Shown here: positions 12,903 through 27,042 of the stretch, one piece after another | How positions within the stretch are numbered: position 1 is the stretch's first letter | How the letters are laid out: the number at the start of each line of letters is the position of its first letter | Origin: Octopus vulgaris | Lineage: Eukaryota | Assembly (NCBI GenBank): GCA_951406725.2 | Contig: OX597827.1 | Coordinates: 3,410,001-3,474,000, forward strand | Direction of reading: 5' to 3' | DNA: 64,000 nucleotides | The notes under the pieces: model-generated | The model's input: only the letters and a program-made list of their open reading frames with translations | Database searches by the model: none | Told to the model about the DNA's origin: nothing | Made by a program: the position numbers and the translations under genes

Positions 12903-13487
12903 ACTATTTTAAAGAAATTCTTGCAATTTTATGAGTATTATTTGAAGGTTACTGAGTTTTGTTATGTATCTGATTAAACAAATAAAAATATAGAAATGGA
13001 TAAATAATTTAATATTTTTAATATATGATTATTTCTGCACCATGCCTACTATTTCTAATGATTTATATATACATGTGTGTGTATGTATGTATGTATGTAT
13101 GTATGTATGTATGTATGTATGTCTGTGTGTGTGCCTGTATGCTGTATAAAAATAATTTTTAAATTATTCAGGACAATATATATGTATGTATATACAGATT
13201 CTTATATGCACTCATAAATGTATATTAACAAACATGGATACTTACAAGTATAAATATGTGTGTGTATATACATACATACATATATACACATATATACATA
13301 CACATATATACATATATACATACACATATATACATACACATATATACATACATACACATATACATACATACACATATATACACATATATACATACATACA
13401 CATATATACATACATACACATATATACATACATACATACATACATACACATATATACATACATACATACATACATACACATATATAC

Positions 13488-13534
<47 letters not shown>

Positions 13535-14430
13535 TAGATAGATAGGTACATACATATACATTTATATACACAGATACATATATCAGATACATGTATGTAA
13601 ATATGCCTAAGTATATGCATGTACATATATGTAAAATGTAGGTATATAAATGTATACATATATATATATATTTATATATACACACATATATACATAGTTT
13701 ATATGTTAGACAAGTATATATATGTTAAATGATGATAATATATATATATATATATATTCTCACAAACAAATTTATTCAAACATATAAATACACACATTTA
13801 TATACATACGCATATTGATATATAAGAATATATACATACACACACATATATAGATATATAACATATATGCACACAATAACACACATGCTCATGTTCACAC
13901 ACACACACAGATGTGTGTATCTATTATACTCTCAAAGGAAAATATTTCTTTACAAACTTCATCATCAGAGATTGCACTTGGGTTGTACTTCATGGCCTGA
14001 CATTGAACAACCAATGTTATTTAATTAAGTTAATGGGGATATGAAAGGAGATTACACACACACACGCACACACACACACACACAAACATACACACACAAT
14101 TTTTGCTTATATCCATCTGTCTTATATTCAAAATTACTTATTTTAAAGAAGTCGAATTTTAAAAACTGAAAAATTTAAACTATTTTAAAGAAATTCTTGC
14201 AATTTTATGAGTTTTATTTTGAAGGTTACTGATGTTTGTTATGTATCTGAATAAATAAATAAAAATATAGAAATGGATAAATAATTTAATATTTTTAATA
14301 TATAATCATTTCTGCACCTTGCCTACTATTTCTATTAATTCATATATACATGTGTGTGCATGTGTATGTATATATATATATAATGGGTGTGTGCATGCCT
14401 GTATACTATATTAAGATTATTTTTTAAAAT
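12903..14430 (+). repeat. Local direct duplication of ~260 bp (12903-13165 and 14179-14430)
   Basis: Both copies start actattttaaagaaattcttgcaattttatgag and stay colinear through ...gcctgtat... Confidence 0.85.
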
Positions 14431-14434
14431 AATA

Positions 14435-14885
14435 AGCTTTTGTTTATTAACCACAAAAATATTCAGGACAGTACAAAGATAAAAAGGATAGTTGGAATTT
14501 ACATAAAACTATGTAAACAATAAAAATAAACAATAACAATCAACAAAACATTCTAACAAAATTCAGCAGTAGAGGGGAAATGCTATCCAGGGGCAACGAA
14601 GGCATCCCACCAATTCTAAGTTATCCAACTCACCAGAAACAGCATCCCAAGTGCTTCCCTCTCCTTCATACTGCTCACCCAACAAGAGCTAGCTTAGAGT
14701 AAGCCTATTCACTCAAGCCTTCCTTGTCACATGAACTCACTTCTCAACAAATTTACTGGGGAACTGCACATCCCTGTCAAACCACATTTTTTTCTTTTTT
14801 CTAATGGAATTTTAAGAACTCAGTGACAGCTTAGCTGATGAGGTAAGTGCCAGTCTTCAGTGATACCAATCTTGGCCACCAAGCA
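14435..14885 (-). mobile_element. Older L1/Tx1-like LINE 3' fragment
   Basis: Minus strand reads ..LKTGTYLIS*AVTEFLKFH..KMWFDRDV..SKFVEK*V, similar to the C-terminus at 9660-9800. Confidence 0.5.
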
Positions 14886-16754
14886 ATGTCTTGCCAGGCA
14901 CAAGGCCAGCAAATTTGAAGGGAAGAGGAGTAGTCAACTACATTGATTTCACTACTTGACTAGTAACTGATCTTTGCAGGATTTGAACTCAGAGCTTGGA
15001 TAACTGCTGCTAAATATCTTTTAACAGTGTTCTAACATTTCTCGTAGAGCATTTTTTCTGATACTCAATAAGTATCCTTAACTTAGAGCACATCAGCAGT
15101 TTAGTCAATACTATCAACACTAGTACTTGACAGGTACTTTACCACAGCAATCCCAGATGATGAAAGGTGAAGTTACATGAGGCAGGATTTGAACACAGAA
15201 AGTGCCCAAGGTGCCATGGAGTGGGACTGAACCTGGAACCATATGACTGGGAAGCTTGATATGATTTCTTTTTAGAAATTATATTGTTATGAAAGATGAG
15301 AGAAAGAATGGAAGAAATATTTTAGCAGAGAGAAAGGTGAGGAAGAAATACTAAATCCTTTCATTAGGAGTTTTAATTTTCTAAAATAATATTTAGTTAT
15401 GCTCCAAATCCTTCCTTGATTGACCCTTTTTATACCAACCCACCTGAGACCTCCCTTGGTCCTATGATTAAACTTTATGTTTTAATGAGATCTAAATTAA
15501 AATTTATAAAAATTTCATGTTAATTTATGTTCCAAACACCAGGTTAATAATGACAAAAGTTATTTTACTAAATTCTTCACAATTGTTAAAATTAATCAAA
15601 ACAAAGTCAGTGCCTTTCAATAGAAATTTGGTAACAAAAGCATTTATGGAGAGAAAAATTACCTACTTTACTAAATCCCATCAAATTCTTAAAATTAATT
15701 GAAACACATAGGCTGTGTGTATTTCATTAGAAATATGGCCTCAAGAGGGCTCCAACAAGTATGATTTGAGGATAAACTACTAATTGGACTGCATGGTTTT
15801 TCCAAGGGAGTTTGAATGATTCACTGTATGAGACTTCAGATCAGCCAGTGCCGTCTCTCTGTCTTGAAATCTTCTAATATAATAGATTTACTTCTCATCT
15901 ACAAGGAAATCATAACCGTCATTCTAATAAACTGACTGAATATGTGATAACTATTAAGCTTTGTGATCTACCATGGACCAGAATGCAAAATCAAATTATG
16001 TTTTCTTTAAACTTGACATGGGATGTTTTTCTTTATTTTGGATGATGTGTAAGGTGTATAATCAGAAAATCAAACCCAGTGGAATACTATAAGGTCCACA
16101 ATTTAAAGAAACTAGTATTGTTGATCTGCACTAGAAGAATTTAATTCATACAAAATATCATACCAAAAACAGAAAATTGCAGTAAGCTAGCAGGCAATGT
16201 GAAATGAAATAATATCTTTTGGAGAATACTCTCCTCGCTCGAATTCTTCAACCAAAGTATCAGTCTCTATATTCTTCCTCTTCAAAGAACAAATGTTAAC
16301 TAAATGTTATATATTCTGATCCTCATGCAAAATCAACTGACTGTAATTTTTGTTGGCTTTTTGGTAACTAAAGTGTTAATGGAGATATTCCGCTAAAAAT
16401 CTTCGCTGGAATATCAATACTTCTTTCATGAATATATATATATTTTTTGAACAGGTGGTTGGCATTAAGAAGGGTGTCCAGGCATAGAAACCATGTCAAA
16501 ATGGACAGCAGAGGTTGGTACAGTCTTCTGACTTGGAAGTTTCTGTCAAACTGTTCTACTCATCATCAAGATGAAGAAGAAAAGACTTTTTCTAGTGCAG
16601 CTATCTTCAATTAGGTATCAATGCCTACTCTCATCTACGGTCATGAAGTTTAGGTAATAACCAAAGGAGTGTCTTCTAATATAGCTCTAAGCTGACCAAT
16701 CCCTTCTGAATGAATTTGATGGACAGAAATTGTCGAACTGCGTGGAAGCCTATT

Positions 16755-17018
16755 ATCATCATCATCATCATCATTTAGCATCCGCTTTCCATGCTAGCAT
16801 GGGTTCGACGGTTCAACTGGGGTCTGGGAAGCCAAAAGGCTGCACCAGGCCCAGTCTGATCTGGCAATGTTTCTACGGCTGGATGCCCTTCCTAACGCCA
16901 ACCACTCCGTGAGTGTAGTGGGTGCTTTTTACGTGCCACCCGCACAGGTGCCAGACAGGACTGGCAAACGGCCATGGACGGATGGTGCTTTTTACGTGCC
17001 ACCAGCACGGGGGCCAGG
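16755..17018 (-). mobile_element. Abundant retroposon 3' tail (RTE-type LINE or SINE) ending in (GAT)n
   Basis: catcatcat-ttagcatccgctttccatgctagcatggg...ggctggatgcccttcctaacgccaaccac; related copies at ~4146-4370, 16450-16560(+), 21600-21800, 38475-38650, 49447-49690, 50535-50632(+), 58095-58330 and 61570-61802(+). Confidence 0.65.
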
Positions 17019-17048
17019 ATATTGTATTATATCATATCATATTATATA

Positions 17049-18405
17049 CTAGCTGTACCCGTGACCAATTGGGTCACAACCACTCCAAGTTGAAAATGTC
17101 ACTGCATGGCAGCAAAGGAAACAATACTATTTCAAACTTCATGCAATAGAATTCTTAAATAACACAGAGTTCTCCTGCCTTTGGCATGACAACTTAAATG
17201 CAACCAAGTGTTTCTTCTCTGAAAACGCTCAAATAACCTTCAACAACTGTCTGAATAGGGACGTAGACGTAGACATAATTCTGTTTCCACTACACATGAC
17301 CAACTGGTTAGGATATCTCAAGAGGAGAATATTCTACTTCAAAACAATGGTGTCAGATCACAAATTGTTGATGTAACCCCATAGAGATCATTTCTTTGCG
17401 ATCATGTGGAAGTAGTGGAGTTGACAACCAATCTAAGACTTCTTACAGAAGGTCATTCTGATGAAAGAGAGTTTGCTAATTATCTTTTTGGTGTAGGAAA
17501 TGGTAACATTTCTGTTGAACAAAGCCTAGGTGAATTCAAAATCAAACTATCCAATCATCTTTGCTTTGAAAGTGGTACTCTTTCAGATCTATGTGATTTT
17601 ATATATGCTGGCCTCAAAAACAACTTCACAAACCATGTGTGACTTGCAAACAGAACCAATGTTACTCCAACAAATGAAGTAGCACAATTTGTGAATGATT
17701 TTCTGTTGACCAGGATCCCTGGTGAGCTAAAAATATACAGAAGCTCAGATACAGTTGATAATGAAACTCTGTACCCAATCGAGTTCATCAACAGACTTAC
17801 GCCATCAGGGTTTCCACCACACATTCTCAAACTGAAGAAAAAATGCTGCATAATGCTTCTGAGAAATTTAGATGTTACTAACGGACACTGCAATGGTACC
17901 ATGCTACATCATTGTCAGTTTACATGATCATGTTATTGAGGCTGAAGTTGCTTCTGGTCCTTATGCAGGATCAACTCTGCTAATCCCAAGAATACCACAT
18001 GTATCTCAAGAAATAGAATTTCCATTTACATTTACACACAAACAATTTCCTGTCAAGCCAGCTTTTGCCTTGGCATGCAACACGGCACAGGGTCAGACTT
18101 TTGAACAAATTGGAATATATCTTCGGACACAATTCTTTTCACATGGTCAGTTGTATTTTGCATTGTCTAGACTTCAAAAGAAAGCTAATATGAAAATATT
18201 GGCTGAGAGAAATGAAAACAGTATGAGTACTGACAATGGTGTCTACAAGAAGATACTACTTTAAAGCAAAATATGCTTTTTAGCAAGTTTCAGTGAATAG
18301 AATAAACACATAAATTATATGTAAAGTAATGTATATATATGTGTGAAATTAAATTGTTTCGGCATATTTCAACACATGCCGAATGAAGGATATCGTTATA
18401 TTAGA
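17049..18405 (-). mobile_element. Non-autonomous Helitron with canonical termini and an internal inversion
   Basis: Minus strand: A^TCTAATATAA at 18405; GTGACC-caatt-GGTCAC hairpin then CTAG^T at 17049; contains RepHel fragments on both strands. Confidence 0.85.
17385..18264 (+). pseudogene. Helitron PIF1-family helicase C-terminal region (stop and frameshift)
   Basis: LTTNLR..EFANYLFGVGNG..YRSSDTV..YPIEFINRLTPSGFPPHILKLKK..IMLLRNLDVTNGHCNGT..LIPRI..QFPVKPAFALACNTAQGQT..FSHGQLYFALSR..NGVYKKIL. Confidence 0.93.
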
Positions 18406-19056
18406 TCATTTTAAATCTGGCCATATTTGAAAAAGTAAGGAAACGCCATTCCCATGTGTTCTCACAGCACCAGACTTTTGTGTGTGTGTGTGTGTATGTG
18501 TATTCCTCCCTCCCTCCATCCATCCATCTACCTATCTATGCACACCTATGTAAGTTCTACCAATCATTAATGATAAATATATATATCAGATTGACTCCTT
18601 AAAAAAGAGAGCTTATGACTGATAAAATAATGAAAGCAATATTTACTAAGCAAGCGAGCACTATTATACAAAGAAATAATTAGACGTAAAATATCATAAA
18701 AATGATTAGAACTGGGAATCAAATGTGGAAATATTCTCAAGTGGTGGTCTTTCTGCTTGTGCATTTAACCGACCTCACTGAGGCAACAATTTCAAGGTTG
18801 AGTGGCATGTGAATGCTCTTAAGAGTTTCATTATAAGGTACACCATACCTTTTGCACAGTTTCCATCTAACAAATGAAATCACAAGGAAATGGTTAGCTA
18901 AACGCTATAGAAGAGAAACAACTTGCTGAGGGTGTTGCAACTTGATACAGAACCCAAGAAACATAGTTGCAAAGAGATCTGAACCACACATCCATACAAG
19001 TCTCATTGTTCAACATTTACATATGTATAAATATCTATAAATACATACACACATGA

Positions 19057-19216
19057 CAGGCTTCTTTCAGTTTCTATTGATTAAATCCATTCACAAGTCT
19101 TCGGTCAATTCTGAGTTGTAGTAAAAGACACTTGCCAAGATGTCAAGCAGCAGGACTAAACCCAAAACCCTGAGGTTGGTTAACAAACTTTTCACCACAC
19201 AGCCATACCTATGCCT
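19057..19216 (-). mobile_element. SINE family 1, 5' half
   Basis: Reverse complement of the family head; a further degenerate copy lies at ~18850-18995. Confidence 0.7.
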
Positions 19217-19644
19217 ATAATCATAATTAATAAGATTACAAAAATGAAACTATTTTAGAAGTGGGAGATCAAATTTTAATTATAATATTTACTATATAGT
19301 CATTTACAATAATTTTCTCATTTTCTCCGAAGATTCAAAGCTTGTAAATACCTTCATATTGATAATGAGTATTTTGGCATATTAAAAGTTTGCATGATAT
19401 TCAATGTTCTTCCAAAAAGTTATCAAGCCGCTTTTTTTTTTTAATTAGTTGGTAATCTTTCATTTTGAAACATTGCTTGTTAATCAGTTTTAATTTCTGT
19501 ATATCATGTTTGACTTTTTGCTGCTTATAAGTGTAATATGTCACTTCTAAAATGATTTATATGAATGGCTTCTTGATAATGACAGGGAGAATTCTTAAGA
19601 TTTCACATATGTAGTAGTTAATTTATCACTAGATTATACATACA

Positions 19645-19645
19645 C

Positions 19646-19718
<73 letters not shown>

Positions 19719-20078
19719 CGCACATACATACATATATATATACGCACATACATATATATATACACACACATACATACATATATATATACACACACATACA
19801 TACATATATATATACACACACATACATATATATATACACACACATCCATATATATATATATATATATATACATATATACATACATATATATATACATACA
19901 TACATATATATATGTATATATAATACATATATCTATCTATATATCTGTATATACACATACATATATCTATCAATATATATATATATATACATATTACATA
20001 TATATATTACACAAAAACACACACATATACATATATATACACATAAACATAAATATATGTAACAAACACACACACATA
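19645..20078. repeat. Long (TA)/(CA) compound microsatellite
   Basis: Seen directly. Confidence 0.95.
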
Positions 20079-20420
20079 TGAATTGTCATCTCTTCTGTCA
20101 TAAGTTCTTGTAGACATATGAAGGGCTATGAAACAAAATAATCTCATGGACTTTTATTGATAACAGAGCTAATATTCTGTCTGACACTATACTGAAATTA
20201 TATTTAATTATGTAATACATACATACATAAATACATACATACATAAATACACACACACACACATCACATTTGTAAAGCCATGTATAAATGTGGTTTAAAT
20301 AGATATATATGCACATATACTTTTACACATATGTATATATGTGAGTGTATGTGTAAATATATATATACCTATATATGAGTGTTTGTGTGTATGTGTGTGT
20401 GTATATATATATATATATAT

Positions 20421-20822
20421 AGGCGCAGGAGTCGCTGTGTGGTAAGTAGCTTGCTAACCAACCACATGGTTCTGGGTTCAGTCCCACTGTGTGGCATCTT
20501 GGGCAAGTGTCTTCTGCTATAGCCCCGGGCTGACCAATGCCTTGTGAGTGGATCTGGTAGACGGAAACTGAAAGAAGCCTGTCGTATATATGTATATATG
20601 TATGTGTGTGTGTGTTTGTGTGTGCGTTTGTCCCCCTAGCATTGCTTGACAACCGATGCTGGTGCGTTTATGTCCCCGTCACTTAGCGGTTCGGCAAAAG
20701 AGACTGATAGAATAAGTACTGGGCTTACAAAGAATAAGTCCCGGGGTCGATTTGCTCGACTAAAGGCAGTGCTCCAGCATGGCCGCAGTCAAATGACTGA
20801 AACAAGTAAAAGAGTAAAAGAG
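20421..20822 (+). mobile_element. tRNA-derived SINE family 1, full length (octopus-type)
   Basis: A-box-like TCGCTGTGTGG, B-box GGTTCAGTCC, CTTGGGCAAGTGTCTT core, internal (TA)/(TG) tract, tail ...gactgaaacaagtaaaagag; flanked by (TA)n. Confidence 0.9.
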
Positions 20823-21102
20823 ATATATATATATATATATAGATCTAACAAATAACAACATATGGATTGAACACTATCCATCTATTGTTATTTGTTTATC
20901 ATTCACCCTAATCAGAATCTGCAATTCCCTTGGATTTGGAGTCTATAGAGTCCAGTGTTTATACCCATGCGCAAAATTGAGGACTCATTGAATATTCAGT
21001 CAGTCATTTGTGATTGTACACAGCTAGAGTAAAAATACATGTTTACCTTACTTCAGTATGTACATGTTTGTGTTTAAATTTAATTTGTACAGGTTAGCAA
21101 TA

Positions 21103-21263
21103 GCGCAGGAGTGGCTGTGTGGTAAGTAGCTTGCTTACCAGCCACATGTTTCCGGGTTCAGTTCCACTGCGTGGCATCTTGGGCAAGTGTCTTCTACTAT
21201 AACCTCAGGCTGACCAAAGCCTTGTGAGTGAATTTGGTAGATGGAAACTGAAAGAAGCCCATC

Positions 21264-21298
<35 letters not shown>

Positions 21299-21503
21299 AG
21301 TTTGTGTGTCTGTGTTTGTCCCCCCCACATCGCTTGACAACCGATGCTGGTGTGTTTACGTCCCTGTAACTTAGCGGTTTGGCAAAAGAGACTGATAGAA
21401 TAAGTACTAGACTTACAAAGGATAAGTTCTGGGGTCGATTTGCTCATCTAAAGGGGGTGCTCCAGCATGGCCACAGTCAAAATGACTGAAACAAGTAAAA
21501 GAG
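21103..21503 (+). mobile_element. SINE family 1, full length
   Basis: Colinear with 20421-20822. Confidence 0.9.
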
Positions 21504-22489
21504 ATATCACTGACCCAACACTGGCGCTTTTGCTTTACTATTTAAGGACCAAATTCACTTGAATCCTGAAATTTGTGTTTGTGTATATATGTATATATAT
21601 CATCATTATTTAAATGCCTCTGATCCATGCTGGCATGACTAGATTCAATTGGCTGAAGGACCGCAGCATACTGCACCATCTGCTTTGAAATGGTTTCAAC
21701 AGCTGGATACCATTCCTAATGCCAATCACTTTAGAGTTTGTACTGGAGGCATTTTTCATGCAACCAGCATTAGTGAAGTTGCCATGCACCTTGCAAAACA
21801 ACAAACCCTGACGGCTGCTCAACCTGCTAGAAATAGCAACTAATTCTATAACTCACACTTTACAGTCTTAAAAGATACTTCATGAAGTGCTTTAGGCATC
21901 TCTAAAAGTCAGGGTGATGATGATGATAATACTTTTGATTACAGTTCTGTACTATCATAGCTGATGCAAGGTGGGATTAAATATGGAGAAAGTCTACTTC
22001 AAGGACATGGTATGGTCCAAAGTCTACGTTATTCACTTGGTAGGATTTATGCTATAATCTGAAATATTTAACCAACTACCAATCTGCTATTTGCTAACTC
22101 ATTCAAAATGTATATATGAACAATCACATCAGCAACAATAGCAATAGCAACATACTACTGAGAGAGGAGATGAGATGAAAAGGCAAAGCGGTTTGGGCAC
22201 AGAGGATTTGGCACAGCCTGTGGTGACACTGGAAGCAAATCCTCACACATGTGTACACAGAAATTTACACATCTAGAGACAGACAGACAGACAGATAAAG
22301 ACTGGGGGTGAGAGGCAGAAACAATAAAATTTTATTAACTGAATATGACTAAATAAATACTTTCCCACTCCTCATATGCACAAAAAGAAATATGCTGACA
22401 CTCATAAACAGAGGTGAGGAGAAAGAAAATGAGAAAAATATCAAAATGTCTGTCATCAAATAAATCAAATCAGCAAAACCAAATAAGGT

Positions 22490-22766
22490 CTCAAACCGGT
22501 TTCCCCAGTTTCCGTGGCATGTGTTCCCTCCAGCTGGATGGGATGCCAGTCCATCACAGCGTTACTCAAGAAATAGGAAGACAGAGTGAGAGAAAGTTGT
22601 GGCAAAAGCGTACAACAGGGGTTGCCACCACCCCCTGCCAGAGCCTCATGGAGCTTTTAGGTGTTTTCGCTCAATAAACACGCACAACGACCGGTCTGGA
22701 AATCGAAAACCACGATCCATCGACCGTGAGTCCGCTGCCCTAACCACTGGGCCATTGTGCCTCCAC
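22490..22766 (-). mobile_element. tRNA-derived SINE (related to family 3 head)
   Basis: Minus strand gtggaggcacaatggcccagtggttagggcagcggactc...ggttttcgatttcc (A/B boxes); related copy at ~36240-36488. Confidence 0.75.
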
Positions 22767-22977
22767 ACATATATATATATATATAATGCTAAGGTGCATT
22801 GTAAGTTATCAGAAAAGGGTAAATGAAGGGACAGAAAACAGTAACGAGTCAAATAAAAACAGACAGTAATGAAAGCCAAAATTGCAAGCATAAAATAAAC
22901 TACAAAAAGCTAGAAAAATGAAGAGTAAAAGAGTCAATAACAGCAAGAACTCTCCAAACCACAGCCTACCATCTTAA

Positions 22978-24836
22978 CCCATTAACCATTAGTGTTCAGA
23001 ATGGCCAAAACTGGCTGAAAATAATTCCCCTCTCTTTATTTGAACTGGCTACATCCAACCATATCTGATTCCTCTATGAAATTGCCAAAAATCACATTAT
23101 TGAATTCACATTATGAAATTCACTTAGCTTTGAGATAATGCAAGATAAAGCCTTTCCCACCTTTATTCAATTAAAAATACCATGAAATTTTTGATACTTT
23201 TTGGGGTTTTTTTTTCAACATTTGAAGAGAAATGTATATCTTAGTTTTTAATGCTATGGTGCCAGCAAGTAGTGCTTCCAACTTTGAATGTTTTACTTTT
23301 GATGATGTACAAAATATAAACACAAACAACAGAGTCTTTGGAAGAATCTGATATTGATATTTATAGATCTTCACCAAATGAGGAAGATTTTGACAATGAA
23401 AGGGATAAAAATGAAAGTAATGAAAATGATACTAGAAACATTAAAGCAACATGGTTGAAGATTACTACATCAATCACAATTCCCAATTTCACAGAAAAGG
23501 CGACTCTACAACACAGTCTATTTTCCGATGCTCAACCATTGGACTATTTACTTTTATTTTTACCGAAAAGATTTTTGAAACTGTCATGGAGGAAACAAAT
23601 AAATATGCTCAATGCATAATTTCTATTCATGGAAGACCCGATCCACTATGGCAGCCAACTGATACTCAGGAAATGCGAGCTTTTTTTACTATAAACATTA
23701 TGTTTGGTATCAAGCAGCTTCCTCGACTGTGGAACTACTGGCATCCTGATATAAGGTATGGTGATCCATATATCTCCAGCATCATATCTAACTATAGTAA
23801 ATTCATATATTGTTTATGTAAAAAGCCACAAGGTACCTCTGCTACCAAAGCACTACAACCATTTGAAATTTCGGGTTGACATCGCATCTCAGTTAGGTGA
23901 GGGATTTTCTTCCAGATAGCACAGAACTGGGAGAAAAACAAAATTAACTGAGGTGAATGTCAACAGAGAAAATCTTGACTTCCATAAAGTGGAAACAATA
24001 AATGGAAGGAAAAAAGTTTGCAGACTATGTTCGCCGCAAAAAAGAAAAACTGTGAAAAGATATCAGGTCGAGACCTCATATATGTTTGTTTTGCAAAGTA
24101 CCCCTGTGTAAAGGGTGCTTGGACAGTTTCACGATAGAAATATGGCATAACTATATTTTGTAGTTTGATAGTAATACTATCATATATTCTATTCATTTTA
24201 TTACAAATAATATGTGAAAGTGAGAAATACATATTAATTTGCAGTATGTTACACACCTGTATTCACCTTTGTCTCACCTATTAATGAGCTATTTTTATTA
24301 GATGCATTCTCTTATGTAAATGTATTCATTAAGAGTACATAGCCAATGGTATATTGACTAACAAAAGAGTTTTGTACTTTATTTTCAATGAAAATGTTTG
24401 AATGAAATATAGAGAAAGAATAAAATCTTGTACTGATTACAGCTGTATTTTAATTAATTCAAATTAATGTACCTTATCTTGAAAAGTGGCAAAATTGTTG
24501 GCAGTTGACATCTGGGATAATTTTAGTAACAAATCAAACAGGTAAGATGCATTAAGAATCTCAGTTTTATTGTTTATCCATAATGCTATTGTATTTACAC
24601 CTGTTAATTAAATTTACCTGCCCATAAAAGTCAAATTTAATCAGAAAGATCTGCTAAAATTACATACCTATAAACCACTGGTATATAAGCACACACTGAC
24701 AAAATTTCAAATCTGCAGGTAAAACATTAACAAAGTTACAAGCAAATATCATGGAGACCCTCTTTAACCTGAATAATTCAAAATAATGTGAACAAATAAG
24801 CATTACATTGGACAGATTAATCTGAACACTAAAGGG
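22978..24836 (+). mobile_element. Internally deleted piggyBac DNA transposon
   Basis: TTAA-ccc(attaacc)attagtgttcaga ... tctgaacactaaaggg-TTAA; acidic N-terminus; PLDY/LFT..IFETVMEETNKYAQ..WQPTDTQEMRAFF..MFGIKQLP..NYW; C-terminal Cys-rich domain KKVCRLC..VETSY..FCKVPLCKG at ~24010-24135; DDD core absent. Confidence 0.9.
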
Positions 24837-25322
24837 TTAAATAAGGAAGGAACACAGTGAACAATGTACCAACTTGTCCTACCCCCAAGAAGACTTGTAG
24901 GTCATGGCTTGCATGCATTTGATCATAGGTTCACTTGAGCAGTTCCTCAGGTAACAAATATAAAGAACAGCAACTACTAGTACTACAATTAGTATGACTA
25001 CACCACATCACAGACAAAATAGAGAATATATTGAAAAAATGCAGAAAAGAGAATGAAAAATATAAAAGAAAAATCATGAAAACAAAAAAAGATAAAAGAT
25101 CTCCAAAGTCAGACAATAAGGGGACACAACACTGTTTGAAGGAAGAGGAAGTTTATTTACAAAAATGTGAATGTCTGAATTTTTGAAGTTCAAATTGAAG
25201 TGTCTCTGAATTCTGTTAACAAACAACATTTGTTCTTTTAGTATTATCACTGTTATTATTAGAAACAGTGATGGTCCATATTTAATCCCATTTCTAATTG
25301 TCATTGTTATTATTTCTTTTTC

Positions 25323-25545
25323 AAGGCAGTGAGTTGGCAGAATAATTGCTACAACAGAGAAAATGCTCAGTAGCATCTCTTCCCACTCTTTATGGTCTGA
25401 ATGCAAATTCTGCCGAGGTTGACTTAGTCTTTCGTCATCTTCAGGTTCAATAAAATAAATACCAATTGAGCTGTGGGGTTGGTGTAATCAACTTAACTCC
25501 ACACTGCAAAATTGCTGGTCTTAAGCCAAAACATAGAAATAATTA
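25323..25545 (+). mobile_element. tRNA-derived SINE family 2, degenerate
   Basis: aaggcagtgagttggcagaa...aaattctgccgaggttgactt; colinear with the reverse complement of 50027-50250. Confidence 0.7.
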
Positions 25546-26096
25546 TTATTTCTTCATATTTTACTTGGAGAGAAAAATGTGGATTGAGTGGTGGTTGCTG
25601 TGCTAAGTATATTTGTTGAAAGATAAATGAATGTGGTCTAAATTGCCCAAACGATTAGGACTACACTTGAAATGTGCTTCAAGGCCTTGAAGCACAACTA
25701 AGCACAGAACCCTAATTGTTGGTAGTCAGAGAAGACTTGGATCTGTGGGATTCCAGGATTGGTGCTTGGGAATTGCTTCTGTCTTCAAACATCTCATTTA
25801 AATCCAATTACCAAGTTGGGGCTTTTGTTTTTTATTACTCAATATTTCTATACTTTGTTCTTGTATTTCTTCGGCCACTGAACTTGTGGCATTTTAGTTT
25901 CAGCCCTTTGTGATCAGAGTTGAAACCCTGCTTGGGTCAACTCTGCCTTTCAAATTTATGGTATCGATATAATAAATTGCCACTCAATTACTGGTATTAA
26001 TTGAATAGCCTCATCACCACAAAAAGTTGCAAGCCTTTTGCCCTTTATCATTGTTGTTCTTTTCTTTTTTGCATGTTTGTTTTTAAACATATATAA

Positions 26097-26147
<51 letters not shown>

Positions 26148-26998
26148 ATTATATACAAACATATATACAAACACAAACATACAAACGCTTGTGTGTATGC
26201 ATGCAATTGTTTGTGTGTATGTATGTATGCTTATTGTGTGATAACACCTCATGTGTATATATATTTATACACACGCGGGATGTTATTACACAATAAACAT
26301 ACATTTATACACATGTTTGTGCATATGCATGTAAGTATATGGATAGATATGAATGTATTTATACGTACTGAAAACACCGCATGTAGACTAAAAGAAACAG
26401 AGCTTATGACCATCTATCATCCCCCTATCCAGCTAGCCACTAATCCCACCCCGACACATACTCATACACAGAACTGAAATTCACCTTTTCAGGAGATGGC
26501 CATTGCTTAATTTATAGTATAGTGTGAAAACACCAGAAAAATCTGTCATTGTCCTTTCAAATGCCAAAGAAACTTTTAAAAGGACTGCTTAGATTTTAGG
26601 GTTAAGTTACATATTTTTGAATCTTCAACTGATAGTTACATTGGAAGGTGAGCAGGCTCATTCAAACATATAAAGAAAGTCATGTATGATATATCTTTTG
26701 CATATTTCTATTTATTTACTTATTATTCTATGAAGGTGGTATTTTCATTCTATCAACATAATATCAATTGCCCTACTGTAATCATCCTTTTACGTTCACT
26801 TCTCATGCTATAATCCATACTTCAGAACTTGCCACAAGAAGAATACTCAATTCAAATTAGAGTTTCCATTTTAGAAAACTAAGAGGACTGAGTAGATACT
26901 ATTCACTTTCTCTTGTTATATATAAGTGCTAATGCTCAAAACCCCTGGCCCTTTCATCCCTCTGTTACTGTGGCTACATATTAGTATTAATAATAATA

Positions 26999-27042
<44 letters not shown>

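Noticed and set aside
15800-16430. Possible very old minus-strand mariner relic (LVEEFERGEYSPKD resembles WxxEFKRGRxSxxD)
   Set aside because: Too degenerate to support without an alignment
20421-20495. tRNA genes at SINE heads (also 33270-33351 and 22690-22766)
   Set aside because: A/B boxes are present but there is no complete cloverleaf, and they continue into SINE bodies
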